From the NCBI GenBank assembly GCA_002633005.1, contig NMRA01000059.1, positions 225,662 to 289,661 of the forward strand: DNA of 64,000 nt, given 5' to 3'. Each line of letters begins with the position of its first letter. Position 1 is the stretch's first letter. Below are positions 14,343-29,300 of this stretch, in pieces. A program made the position numbers and the translations under genes. The notes beneath the pieces are model-generated. The model saw only the letters and a list, made by a program, of their open reading frames with translations. It was not told the DNA's origin and searched no databases. Origin of the DNA: Phoronis australis. Its lineage: Eukaryota; Animalia; Phoronida.

Positions 14343-17300
14343 TGGCAAGAAACGTTTTTATTGAAGGAGAGGTGACAAAACTTTGATAAATAAATGATAT
14401 TACTAAATGTGCACATTTAACATGACAAACAGACAGACACTGAGTGAGTGTTCATTCAAAGATCAGAAAGACACTGAGTAATTGTTCATTCAAAGACCAG
14501 ACACACACTGAGTGAGTGTTCATTCAAAGATCAGAAAGACACTGAGTGAGTGTTCATTCAAAGACCAGACACACACTGAGTGAGTGTTCATTCAAAGATC
14601 AGAAAGACACTGAGTGAGTGTTCAGTCACAGACCAGACATTCATAGACCATACACACACTGAGTGAGTGTTCAGTCACAGACCAGACAGACACACAGTGA
14701 GTGTTCATTCTCCTGACCAGATAGAGACTGAACATGTGTTCATTCACAGACCTTACAGACACCGAGTGTGAGTTCAGTCACAGGTCACTCTTACCAATTG
14801 TTTGCCACGTGACACTGCTGTATGTACATTCTGCAGCGAGCCGTCAGCCAACTCGTACACTTCTGCCGACCAGAGGGCGCAGTTAACGTGAACCCACGTG
14901 TCATAGCCAGCATAGAGTAATCGGCCAGCTTCCTGTAAGGAAGACAGTTTACGGTTAGAGAAGTTAAAACAATATTGAGCACAGTATCGAGCACAATATT
15001 GAGCATGGAAAAGGTATAATTTTTTAGCACACATCAAATGACATTTTTCTTTATTAAGAGCTTCATAAGTCACCCACTGCAGCTACTTATCCACTGAAAA
15101 AATTGCCTGATGATGCTTTACAACAGGATAGAACAGATATGTGAGCAAGGCATGAATGTTTGAAGACAGATAATGTCCTGCAACTGATCTGTGAGCAAGG
15201 CGTGAATGTTTGAAGACGGATAATGTCCTGCAACTGATCTGTGAGCAAGGCGTGAATGTTTGAAGACAGATAATGTCCTGCAACTGATCTGTGAGCAAGG
15301 CGTGAATGTCTGAAGACAGATAATGTCCTGCAACTGATCTGTGAGCAAGGCGTGAATGTTTGAAGACAGATAATGTCCTGCAACTGATCTGTGAGCAAGG
15401 CGTGAATGTTTGAAGACAGATAATGTCCTGCAACTCACATAAGCTTATCTAACTTTGCCACAGTGCTGATAATTTCAGTCATTATAATTGGTAACATCTA
15501 CCTTCAGAGAGATGCCTTTTTATAAACAAGAGCAATGTGGAGCCTTGAAATATACCCACGGCTGCAACGCAAACAGTGTGCTTCTAGGGTATTTATATCA
15601 TAAATAGAGGCCATTAGATGGCTCAGAATACAGTGAACCCATCCACAAATGGGAAGATGTCATCTCTCAAAACAATTTGCCAAATTTCCTGAAAATCTGT
15701 GTCAAAGAACTCCAATGATACAAAGGCAAATGTAAAAAACAAACTGCCATTAGGAACCACAACAGTAGTCAAATCCATCCATCTGCTGCCAAGGTAATAG
15801 GAATACAATTGCAAAAGTTCAAAAACATTTTGCAAGGAGTTTAAGAGATACAGCCGTAGATGCAAAAAAGTCACTCGAGGGCACCCCGTACTTGGACCCA
15901 TTTGAAAATCCATGTTCGTCATGCTCTTGTCAGTAGGAACACATCTGACAGTATTTCACAGTGATCCTTTGCATGATATGGCAGATGCAGAAGCAGACAA
16001 CAAAAAACAGACTAACATACATCAAAGCGTTTTGGAGATAGACCAGCAGACGTCAGATGCTGGACGGGAGGCGGATGGACGGACAGGGTTGACGGCATAA
16101 TGCGCCCACGCCTCCAAAATTTAGCGAGCACGCAAAAATGATAGAGATGATTTCAAAACTACAATGCATGACATTTAACATTTCAACACGGAAATATGTA
16201 GTTGTTACAACAGGTGCAAGGCCAAGTTTGCTTTAATTCCAATACTGGTATATCAAGAAAAATACTTCCAGCAGGCGTTGGGAATCATTAAACGAAATGT
16301 TTATTGTATGCAGGGCTTAGCTTCATTACACAGTTTACATTACAACTTTACAATGATAAAATTTCAGCTCTTAGCACTGTTGTGCCAGGTTACAAAGATC
16401 ATGGCTTTGAAATAATCTATCTACACTGGCATGATCCGTCATATTGGACAGTACTAAGAACCACTTACATTGGGATCAGCATCACCTACAGTCTGACACA
16501 GTAAACACCGGCGGTTGTCATTGTCAGTAGTTTCCATGGGCTCTACTAGAGGCACTGCCAGCTCCATGCAAGGTTCAGACTCATCCCCACTGTTGTCACC
16601 AAATGAGGCTAAATACAGGAAACAAAGAATTGTCAAATTTGACAAGTGTTTCTTTGATGAGAAGTTTCAGGCAAATGTAACCTCACTGGCAGAAGTCGCG
16701 TTAAACTGATCAACACTAGACAATTCTCAAACCAACAAAATATGGAGATTTTTCCATTCTGAACTAAACAACACATAGACATTATGTAACAATACATTTT
16801 AAAAGCCAAATGGCATGCCGTTTTAAATGAATTCCACATGACAAAGCTCACCTGCAGGGGACTTGGTCTTGGACCTGGGGGTGACCGTCACCCTCTTGAA
16901 GGGCGAGGGTTGTGGTGATAAGGGTTCAACCACTCGTCTAAGCCATTGGGCGTAGGTGTGATCAACAGTAGGAGGAAGGATAGCATTGTCCAACATGTTT
17001 CTGAAGGAATGTGAAGGATTAATAATCAAATTTATAATTACTACAGTTATTTACCATGTACAGTGGTTCAGATTTGTTGAACTTATGTTTAAAGCAGAAG
17101 ACAAATCTGTGCATAACTAGAGAACTAGCCAAAAATTTTAGCCTTAAAAATAAAAATTGGTCTGAACAAAAGACTGAAATAAGAGAAAACAGCACAGAAA
17201 TAACAAGAGAAATGAAATCTGAGAGGCAGCAACATAACAATCTGAGATCCACTACATATGGGGGAAACAATTGCTAAAACATTTCAGGTTATAGTTTGCA

Positions 17301-20300
17301 CTCACATTATCCCTCTTTACTAATAACATTTTGTTCAGTTTTAAACTCATCCACAAATTTCATTGCTTGAAGGTTGTAAACTGCTGACTACTTACGGGGG
17401 TAAGTTTTTATTGTGTTCCCACAGACTAGAGCGGTTGACATTAAACCAAGGAAAGACATTAGCCATTTGCTGCAAAATACAAAAACATGAATAATGAACA
17501 AAAACTTCAAATAATAATGAGAGATCGTCTGAATCATTTAGGGTCATACTACTACAGTACACTGCAACAATAATCAGACAAAAAACACTCCCCTTCAAAA
17601 CCGGTAATGACCAGTCATGACTGGTAATGACCAGTCATGACTGGGCATTCTATATGTTGTGATGGTGAATTACACTTGTGCCCAGCCATTCTGACAGGGA
17701 ATCCCAGGTCATTTTGTCTGATTATTTTAAGTGGGTACAGCACATATTACTCCATCATCTGCCAAAGCATGGTTTCGTGAGGAATACAACATAAGAAATT
17801 TTACAGTAAAAACTCCTATAAGGTTGGCTTTGTATGCTTACTAATTCTTGTCGAAATATTTTACAAAGACTGATGAAAAAAGGAAAATTGTTCTATTGCC
17901 CAAATAATAACTAAGGTGTGTATTCATGATCATACTATTCCAGACATTTTATTTTGTAAACAGTCTACAAATGCCATATTCTCGTCTCTTTGTAGTTTTT
18001 GTTTTGCCCTTCAACCAGAAAAACCAATTTTGGTTTATCACACATTTTGGTGCCTTGGCCCAGATCAACTCAGACAAGTTGCCCTAAAAACAATTAATGG
18101 CAACGCATTTAGTAGCACTGAACGTATTGTTGAGATACTGTTTCATTGTTATCAGTATCAATAGGATTACATCAACAATACTGATGTGTGCACCGTCCTA
18201 GTTATAATTTATGAGTACACAGTCCAAGTTATAACTGGTGTGTACACAAGCCTAGTTATAAATGATGTGTACACAGTCCTATTAATGACTGATGTGTACA
18301 CATTCCTAGTTATAAGTGATCTGTACACAGTCCTCGTTACAAGTGATGTGTACACAGTCCTAGTTATAACTGTGTACACAGTCCTATTTATAACTGATGC
18401 ATACAGTCCTAGTTATAACTGATGTGTCACAGTCCTAATTATAACTGATGAGTACAGTCCTCGTTATAACTGATGTGTACACAGTCCTAGTTATAACTGA
18501 TGTGTACGCAGTCCTAGTTATAACTTATCCACAGTGAAAAAGAACATAAACTCACTGACTTGAATCAAACTCATTAGGGTAAATCACAAACCTTAATGAA
18601 CATTGACCGAACAGAGCTGGTGTTCTTTCGCAGGTTGCCGGGCAGTGATTCATTTTTCAATGCCTTCTGAATAATTCGCACCAAGTCATCATTGAATTGT
18701 TCCTGTGGAAATAAAAAGACCAACTACGATTGACAACCACCAATTAAAGCGACCACATACATTGTAATTTAAGACACATTTTAGTTAGAAATTATCGTTG
18801 ACAACCTGACAACTAAGTAACAAAAAATGGATTAGGTCATTTACTCTCATAACAAATTCTCATAACATTCATTAACATTATGAGCATTCCTTAACATTAT
18901 GAGCTTTCATTAACATGACGAGCTTTCATTAACATGACGAGAATTCACTAACATGAGATTTCATTAACATGATGAGCTTTCATTAACATGATGAGCATTC
19001 ATTAACATTATGAGCATTCACTAACACGATGAGCTTTCATTAACATGATGAGCATTCATTAAGAAACATGATGAGCTTTGATTTCAATTACTAACAACAA
19101 CATGAAAACCATCAGCGACTCAAGAAAATGTTTCTGAGTTTATTGACGTTGGCCAACACTAAAAATGCAATTTTGGACGCATGTATGCATGCTCTGGTTT
19201 GGAAATTGGCCAAACCTAAAAATATGAGTTGGAAAACAGCACATGGATGTATTTTCTGGTATGGAGATGGGCCAGGCGTAAAATATGAATTGGAAAACAG
19301 TGCATGTACACATTTGCTGCGACTTGAGTCAGTAACAAAAGTAGAATCCTGTCACAGTAATGAATATTATGAGACTCATTACATAACAGTAAAAGGCCTA
19401 ATTTAATATCGGTTTTACATCCAGATAAATAGGGTGAAATGGAGCTTTAACAGTGGCAAACTACTGGTTTACATCACAACACCTACTGTGTAATTCAACA
19501 TGTTTGAGTTGGCAAGAAGTCAACTTTATTTCAGTCAACTACGAATTGGTCAATTTTCAATAACATAAATCATCACAGCAAAAACTATTGTGGAAAAGAT
19601 CACATAGGCACAGTCGATCATACAGGCACCGTCAAAAGCACAAGAAGTAGTAAAACTAATTTACTCTTTAATGCTAGAACAAATTTGTTGACTTCTGAGT
19701 TCTCTAGTCAATTAGTTGGTTACCTCATGTTAAATAAAAGAACTTAAAACAAACATATTTCACATCAACCTACTTCCTCTATAGTGTTTGCTTCACTTAC
19801 ACTTTTACACTGTGAACTGCTGCAAGAAGTCAACATGACTAAGAGAGCTAGACTAAAAATAAGCAATGACTAACAACAAGCAATGACTATCAAACAGATC
19901 AAATAGAGCAGAATTGTTGACATCAAGACCTAGTTTGGCTCAAGAAGGAAATATATTCACTGTACCCCTTATGGAGCATGATGGCAGGGCTTTAGTCATG
20001 TCTGTGAAACAGAATGAGGTGATACGCTTAAGCAGAGTGGACACGCATGAACATATGTATTTAAATATTCTGGTGAATGTCAACAAGTGGGAAATTCTGA
20101 ATCTGTTGCAAGATGCGGGACTAAGCTTCAAAAATCAGGACAGTTGGCAAATATAATATTGGTTGATAAGACACGTCATTAAATACTTCAACTCACCACT
20201 GTTGTGTAGAGACCAAGTAAAGCTTTGTTCATCACAGTCTGCAAATCATATGGATTACTGGCTTCCCCACTTCCTTTTTCAGGTGTGGAAGGGAGACACC

Positions 20301-23300
20301 TGGCGAGCCGTACCTGAGGTAGCGCTACAGATGTAGACAACACCACCTGAGTAGATGTCAATGATGGTGAAGTAGTTTCCATAGAGCCAGAATGTTCAGT
20401 GTCATCTGTAGCCTTCATCAGACATGAGTCTGACTTACCAGGGTTAGAGCCAGAATGTTCAGTGTCATCTCCAGCCTTCATCAGACACGAGTCTGACTTA
20501 CCAGGGTTAGGCAGCACAGTATCATCAGAGACAGCATTCAGAACATTAGTCATCACGAGATTCTGGGAGTCTGAATTATTATCAACCTCACGTAATAATA
20601 AACTATTTGTTTCTATTGTTGCACATCTTTTCTCAATGTCAACCATACCAGTCTTACTATTGCCCAATGAAATCTGACTAGCTTCCATACTGCTATTACT
20701 TTGGTTGCCAGTCCTTTCTGATACAGTATTGTCAGTCACATGATCAGTCATGTGACCGCAACTAGGGTTAGTCTTGGTAGCATTGGAGACTATCACCTCA
20801 CTCCATTGCACTTGAGTATTGCTCAGCTCTCTTGAACACGTATTTTGTTTCCATTCACTGTCAACATTGTTCTTGTCCGACCCTGACTTACTGAGTTCCT
20901 CCCCCGTGCTACACAGTTCTTCTTTGTCCGAACAATCAGAGTCGTCATCCTCCTCAATGACCTTAACCGTGGCGCCTGACCTTAGTTTCTTGACCTTGGT
21001 CTCCTCCAGTGTAATCTCAGGCATCTCAAATACATTCCTGTAGATCATCTCGGGCTCAGATTTTGCAGTTTGCACAGACTTCAACTGAAACATGGTGAGT
21101 ACATAAAGGATCAAAAGAAAGTAGTCAACAGATGGCGCAATAATAAAAACAGTGCGTACAAGCATACCTTCTGATTTCAAAAGCTCGCCATGAAACTGAC
21201 CAAGAACACGGTTAGATAAAAAATTCTGAAAAATACTGATAAGTATATTTCCATGACTAGAATAATGATTTAGTCTCCAATTAAACTAACGAAGAGAAAC
21301 ATGTGAAAACAATAATAAAGTAATTTGGATTACGATTGCAATGAACACTAATTTACTATTTGTCATAATTACAATTATATCCCAATATACGATTTGGTAC
21401 ACTGAAAAGAACATCAAAAATTTAACGCTATGTGCGATTCAACAGAGCACAAATACCATGACAGTGAGACATAGGTGTCTCGATAACAGTCTGTGATAGA
21501 AAATATTATAAAACCTGAAAGTCTTCACCACAACTGTGTCTAGTGAGAAACATTATATTGATACTCACCACAGATGAGAATTTTTCCGTAGTCACCAAAT
21601 GTTGGGCACATCTGGCCCCTACAAGAGCCTTCATAACCGCAACACAGCCTTCTTGAACCTGCTTGTCCAACGTGGGGCGCCACAGGTCCATGCCAGTGTC
21701 TGGACAACAGTTCTTGCACGTATACTGGATGACCTCTTCAGGTAGGTATGACAAGATCTCGTACATCTCATCTGCAAACAGACCAAAATACTTAAGTAAC
21801 GTATTGGAGACCACAACTTTGTTATTGTTACTATGTGACTCAAAGAAGCATTAATGATGATAATTACGCCAAACATATCACATCACAGAAGAGTCTGCCA
21901 GCCTAATACATTGAACACACAATTGTAATATGTACTGTCACTAAGTGAAGTTTGAACATAAAGACAATGTCTATATTTGTTATCAAAAGTTGGAACACTA
22001 AGACAAATTGGAATGGTATAAGTAACATTTCAATATAAGAACAATTATTAGTGAACATACAGCATTGGTACAGGAGCTGGATTATGATCCAACAGAGGTC
22101 ACTCTACTAGTTTATGATCCAACAGAGGTCACTCTACTAGTTTATGATCCAACAGAGGTCACTCCACTAGTTTATGATCCAACAGAGGTCACTCTACTAG
22201 TCTACTAGATAATAAAACTGCTCTCAGACAGCTTTTGATTTGCGTCAGTTACGCAACTAACATTCTGCTTATTGACAAACACATATAACTGTTCACTCAA
22301 CACATGTTATGAGAAGGAACTACACATACCTGACATGTTCTCACACTTGGCATGTACCCTGCTGATACATACCTGACATGTTCTCACACTTGGCATGTAA
22401 CCTGCTGATACATACCTGACATGTTCTCACACTTGGCATGTACCCACGCCTCACACTTGGCACACTGTACCATCTTACTCTCCCAGTCATCATCCGAGTA
22501 GCACTTGCAGCAGATGGGGCAGTAGTTACCTGTCAAATATACAGCAGAGTCAACTAACATCTACTCACAATGAGGCAGCAGTTACCTGTTCAATATACAA
22601 CAGATTCGACGAACATCTACTCACAATGAGGCAGTAGACAAACATACAGCAGAGTTGACTAACATCTACTCACAATGAGGCAGTAGACAAATATACAGCA
22701 GAGTTGACTAACATCTACTCACAATGAGGCAGTAGACAAATATACAGCAGAGTTGACTAACATCTACTCAGAGTTGGCCAACAATGATTAGTGTTATCAA
22801 AGGAGCTGCCACTCTCACACATCTCCATGTATGCAAGAATAATCCTGCACTGCACCTTTGCAGTATGGACACATAAAAATACAATTTCAGCAGTGCAATA
22901 TCTGGTAGTCAAAACATTGGTTGCCAACCTCAAGTTGGCAAATGCAAACTCAACATCATTAACAGGCATTCCTTTGATGCCCTACTGGATCCAGTTCCTT
23001 CTTTACAGTAACTGTGTCCAATACTGAAGACTCCTAACACTAAAGAAATGGAAATATGTCTTTGACTTATGTTATCCATGTCTTGCACTTGTATTTTTAT
23101 TTTTTGTCTTGTGTTTGCTTTCATGTTTTTCTTTTATTTCTCTGTACTTGTGTGATTCTAATAAGCTTATTATCATTATCGTTATCATTGTTGTTATATA
23201 GAAGGCAGGTAAGGCACACAATCTCACTAACTCACCTTTCTGCATCAACTGTCCACATTCATAACAGAGAGAGAAGTCATACGTCCAGGAGCCTGAGGGG

Positions 23301-26300
23301 CCAGGTGTGGTGGCTCCACAACTACGACACTTGACACATTTACTACACACCTGAGATTAAATAAAAATGAGCTCTAATCAAAAACAGTATAACTGCTTGT
23401 TTTCAACTCCGAAATATTTTTTTCTAATTGAGTGAGTTATCTTCACAGCAAATTGCAGCTTTCAATATCGACATAATACACTTAGTTTGTGCACAGAATG
23501 TATTATTGTATCACTGACACTCTCTAAAACAGGATGCATATTTGTTGATCCTTCAAAGAGAAACAATAGGGGCAGATCACTTAGAGACAAAGCAAACAGG
23601 ATATATAAATATACGTAGCGACAGCTATACACAGACTGTTCAAGCTTCATGTTCAGAAAACAAAATCCTGACTGGAACTAAAAATAAGCTCAGAAAATCA
23701 CTACAGTCTCACAACTCACAACCATTATTTGATCCACAATTACAATAATAATGATTATGATGATGATAACAGTAGTGGGGTCATTCTTGAATACTTAGTG
23801 CTATTTTGAAATTTTTACAATAAGAAAACATGAGGATAGTCCAAGACAGGACTTACCCAAATATTTTTCTTGGTCGGTTTAGTGGGATACAGAGGCCCTA
23901 GACACTGTGGGTGATAGTGTTCATGGCAACGGTCACACTGCAACAGTTTCTGAAATAAACCAATATATGTTGATGTTGGTCAATCACTGTTAGTTCATTC
24001 ACTACATTCTAATGACCACCTTCAACACTGGCAGTTATTAACAAAATAAAATGAAACAAAATCAGACCTGTGTATCGCCAAACTGTTTTGGAGTATTCTG
24101 CATACCAGACTTGAAGACTTTAGTGAAGGTTGGATGATGGTAGTGAATATTCATAGAAGCGACTTCATGATTCACGAATTGTCATGTGACTGAAAATGGC
24201 TGACAACACAATGTCCACAGCCACGCCAACTTGAGTTATTTTTTAATCAAATTTAAGAAGCAGACATCATTTTTGAATTTTTAATCAAAAAGCAAGCACC
24301 CGCCTTCCATTTTAACGCTACACTCATCATTTCCATTATGCAATAGTTACAGAAACAAATGGATTAACTAAGTTGATTTGATGTGTATTTTTGAAGTCAA
24401 TACACACTTGCATACTACTAGTCAATTTCTCTGCTACTACGCCCGTTATACATATGATACACAGGTCTGCACAATAAAATGAAATGGTGCTGTCTAGAAG
24501 ACTTACATGTTACATCTGGTACAAAGGTCTGCACAACAGAATGAAACGGTGCTGTCTAGAAGACTTACATTTTACATATGGTACACAGGTCTGCACAATA
24601 AAATGAAATGGTGCTGTCTAGAAGACTTACATGTTACCTATGGTACAAAGGTCTGCACAATAGAATGAAACGGTGCCGTCTAGAAGACTTACATTTTTCC
24701 TCAGTCCACACACACTGCAGTAGCGACATTGTCGACAACACCAATTGGACACATCATCACTCTGCGGTCGCTCAGTCTCCTCCAGGCAAAACTCGTGAAA
24801 TGGCTCACAACAGATTGAGCAGAACAGAAACTATAAGGATAGAATGGCTGTGTGTCAACAATGGATCAACAAATGTAGAGAAATGGCTGCGTTCTCATTA
24901 ACAGACACAGAGAGTCTTACAACTACACTTTACACCTACAAAGAATATGAAACAAAAACTGTAAACATGCAAGCTAAACAAGTGATGTGAAAAACTTTTA
25001 TAACTGAATGTCAAGTCGTCAAAAATGAAATCTAATGAACTCCCCAACTAACCATAAAGGTCAAGGACAATTTACAAATGGCAAATACCCTCTAGCAGCT
25101 AAGCTTTGATTACAGTCCATCTCCTCAAGTTTTCAGGTCACCATAGACACTTGTTTACTGTATACAAGGGCAGGAGGACTTACCTGATGTTTACCAGCAG
25201 AGCCACACAGGTAACACAGTGTTCTGATACACATGGGTGTTGATGCAATGAGGGCCATACCATGTAACCAGGCAGTGTCTACATTATAGTCATCCTACAG
25301 AGCAACATTAATGAATCATAGAGTTACAAAGTAGACACACAAAGTACAATGACGTGTTAAAACAATGTTTGTTAGTTACCACAATATGTTTATTCCCGCC
25401 AACCAAACAGTTTTACTGAAAATGTCAATTCGCAAAAAATGACGAATCATATACTTGCCTTATGTGACTTGACAACATTAAGACACAACTGTAGAGTTGA
25501 ACAACAGACAGTATACGTTTACCTTCTTTAAACTATTTGACCAATTCTTTATCATCTCATCATTATACAAATCACCTTAAAGTTGGCCATGATCTTATGT
25601 TCTTTCCTCTTTGTCTCAAGATGTTTATCTTCCTTCTCTGACTCAAACTGCCTCACTATCAGGTTCTGACTATCCACCTTGTTCTTATCTGCCATCTTCT
25701 CTGCCTGTAACGTGTCACTCCCATGTATATATATATATATATATACCATAATACAGATGTGAATTTTATCTCCAGCAAAGGGCTTCAATAATTCATGAGC
25801 TACAGAATATGCACAACCAAAAAATCTACAGAATGGTACATAACCCTTTGTGATAAGATCTATATGACGGTGCAAAACCCATTGTAACAATTAGTGCTAT
25901 CCAAAGGAAGAAACTAGTCTATTTATTCACCAGAATCTGCAATGTGCATACATGTAGCTAAATTGTATCCAATTCCAAGTATAACAGAGACCACACTTTA
26001 CAGCAAATTGCTCCATCTAACTTTAAACAGATGCCAAACTTTAGAGGCTCTGATAGAAGATAGTGACAGTAACACACCAATCAACTGACAGTATACGAAA
26101 GAGTGACTATACACAAAGACCATGCAAGGAATAATTATCACTCACTAGTCTCTGGTTTTTTCTCTGTAAAAGCAATGTCTTCTTTTTCTTCAGCACATCA
26201 TCCATGTCCGCTTTCGTTTGACCTTTGCGTGACACGTTTTCATCCAACTTTACATCAGTATCAACCTCCCGCTGAGCATCAGTAAATCGGAATTCAATGT

Positions 26301-29300
26301 TTTGTCGAGCCCTCTTTGCTGTCTCATTTACTAAAGGGCTTTTATCTTTGCTTTCTTCAACAACTGGTGTTCGCTTTACTTTCTGTTGCCGTGGAGATTT
26401 TTCCCCAGCGTTCTCTTCAGCGTAGTGCGGATTTGTACATAGACGCAGACTTTAAAGATCCAAAAGTTACAATGAAAACAAAAAAACTTAACAAACATAT
26501 CAAAGGTCTAGACAATGTTGAAAGACTTGATCAATGCCAACCAGTCAACCAGGTTTGTTGCAAAGAAAAATCTGTGGAAGATTAACAAGTTGACAAAAAT
26601 GCGACATAGCAGGGATGTAGGCACACATGGTGCAGCAGAAGTACAGTCATACTTTTAGAGTTGTTTTAGATGTTCAGTGGAAGACTTAACAATTTTATTA
26701 TTGCATAAAACTACCACAAGAGCTATTTAACATTAACTATGGAAACTTTATTTTATAGAAAGTCAATAAACTATTAGAATTATAAATAGAAACCAACAAA
26801 GCAAAGTGAAGAAATAAGTAACAACTGTTTCAAACAACGATTCTATGTCTATTTCTAACACATGTAGCTTGCTAATACAACATTGGAGTTTAATAAATAT
26901 ACAAACTATAGTTGCAGATAATGTAAGCAGTTGGAAAGATTATACAGAAGATACAAAAAACACAAGAATAATTCTTATGAAATCAGTCCAGAAACTGAGC
27001 CAGCCATCACAGTTAGGGTCAAGGTCATGGTCAACGTCACGGTCACCATCACCACTAGTCAAACCACAACACTGAGTGGGTGTACATGGTTAGCAGCTCA
27101 GTGATAATGTTCTCTTGATTAGGAATTTTTCTTAAATGCATACTTTGAACAAAGTGTTAACACAAACACACAACAAAGTCGTTAAAGGAGAATGCCACCC
27201 GATTTAATTAGTTTTTTTTGCCCTCTTGATCAGTCTATATCCACATCGCCTCGCATATGGTCGACCTTACCTTGCCAAGAGGTGTCGCATTAACCTGTGA
27301 GGAAGGTGAGAAACGACGCTAGCGACGTCAGTGGTTCATCTGCAGAGTGAATGCCGCTATGTTGCGGTGCATCGTTCCCGCTTGTCTGAACTATGCAGCT
27401 GCGAGAAAAGCGGGTATATCGTTTGTTTCGACTTCCTTGAGAGACCGAAATGCTTAGGAAGTGGCTCGTGGTAGTGAAGAATGAAAAGTATGCTATAAAT
27501 AGCAAATATGAGGCCGTGAAACATCTCCGTGTCTGTGGCCTGCAGTTGTCGACAGTGCCTGATGAATGCCGGCTTACTATCCAATCCATACGTTCCGTTG
27601 TCTGAGCTTGTTCACGGCGCCTCTCTAGTATTTCTTCATCACTGTATTCCTGTTCGAATTGATAGCCCGTGAAACTTAACGATCCACCCGCTAAGTCTCC
27701 GTAGGGATTGACTGATGAGTTCTCATCTAAGTCAGGATTGCGAGTTGCCATGTTGATGTTTATTACTTAGCGTTCTGTTTCAAAATTATTATTCTCATCC
27801 TAACCAATACTTATATAAAACTGAAACAAAGTCTGCCTCATTAGATGCAATTTGTAATGCCTTTGGAGTGTTCGTGAAAGCAAAGACTTGAGAAGCCACC
27901 AATGAATAAATCACTGCGTTAACGGCTTTAGGTGCAATAAAACTAATTGACGGGACACCGAGGCCGTGTGAGCTCATGCTAATTTAGTGTTTGCTGGCAG
28001 AAACTGTTGTGAAACAACTCAGTCGATTTCCACCCCACGGCCTGGTGTTAGGGAAATCTTTATTCACATTTACATTACTCAAATAATGATTGTCAATGTA
28101 CAACTTCGGCCCTAAAGCAGAACCTAAATTCGTGGCTCCCGACAAGAAAGTAGATTTGCAGTTTCGTGGGTAATTCACCAACATAATCACGTGCGCATTA
28201 CTTTGGCTCACTAGTATAGTATTTTCTTGACTGGAAGTTTAGTTTCCAACTATGGCTGGTTTATGTTCGTGATGTCTGATCAGTTTCCGAGCCACTGAGC
28301 AGGATAGCGAGACAATCCGGCCGGCCGTGACGGGCCTGATCGGGCTCCGAGCCACTGGCCAGGATAACAAGCGTTTTGTGTGTTTCGAACTCAAAAACAA
28401 CACAGATCTGGGTTATCCTGTCCATATCTCACGAAAAATATTTCGAATTTGTCTCCGAACAGACCCCAAACTCCTGCTACGGACCTTATTGGTCTGCGGA
28501 ACTTTGTAGGCTATGGTGTGTCCAAATACCAATAAATCCGTAACAGCGAAATATAACAACATGTTTTTATAAGAACGCGGTGTACTTTTAAGGGTTTTAC
28601 ATCGAAGTTTGATGATTTATTGGTGTTAAACGATGAATTCAAGCGATAAGCTGACACCAGTTACCCGTGTTGTGAACTGCTGAACAGATTGCGTGTGAAA
28701 CCAATTACGTCATTGGATAATTTCAACACCTCCGTCTGCCGTCAGGTGTCAGGTAACGCAACCGTACGTGCCGTTATGGAGCAGAACTACTTGATCTAAA
28801 TTGATAAAAATTAGGTTGTTTTTTGGGTGGCATGCTCCTTTAAAACAATAGGTATGTCAGGCACTGTAATTAGGACAAATCCAGGTCACCAGTCCAATTA
28901 GCCCGACATGCTCTGTGATGTAATTGTACCAAATTAACAATGACAAGTAATCAGACTAAAATACTGTGTAATGTATTATAAACAAAGATTGGTTTTAAAA
29001 ATGACACCATACGCCAAATGTAACAGTTACTGTTGCAATAAAACAAACTTGTATGCCAGTAATAAGTCAAATATTTTGACTTCATGAGTTTCAATTGAAA
29101 ACAACAAGTGGTTAAATAAAAAAAGCTCATTTAGAATTTCTGAAATCCACAATATTGAGGTATGGTGAATTTTTTGAAACACTACATAACTAATAAGATT
29201 CGTCAGTTTAACAGTTCTCAGTAAGTTAAAGGCAGGAAAGTCTTGTGTGTAGGCAGGAGGCTCTGTGGATACTCATAAATGATTGGCTCCACGATTGGAT

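Noticed and set aside
26940-27100. Branch-point-like GCTAAC plus CAG acceptor (minus strand, 27071) as an alternative exon after CXXC
   Set aside because: Phase-2 entry hits TGA after three codons and no donor is evident; could be a poison or terminal exon but is unsupported.
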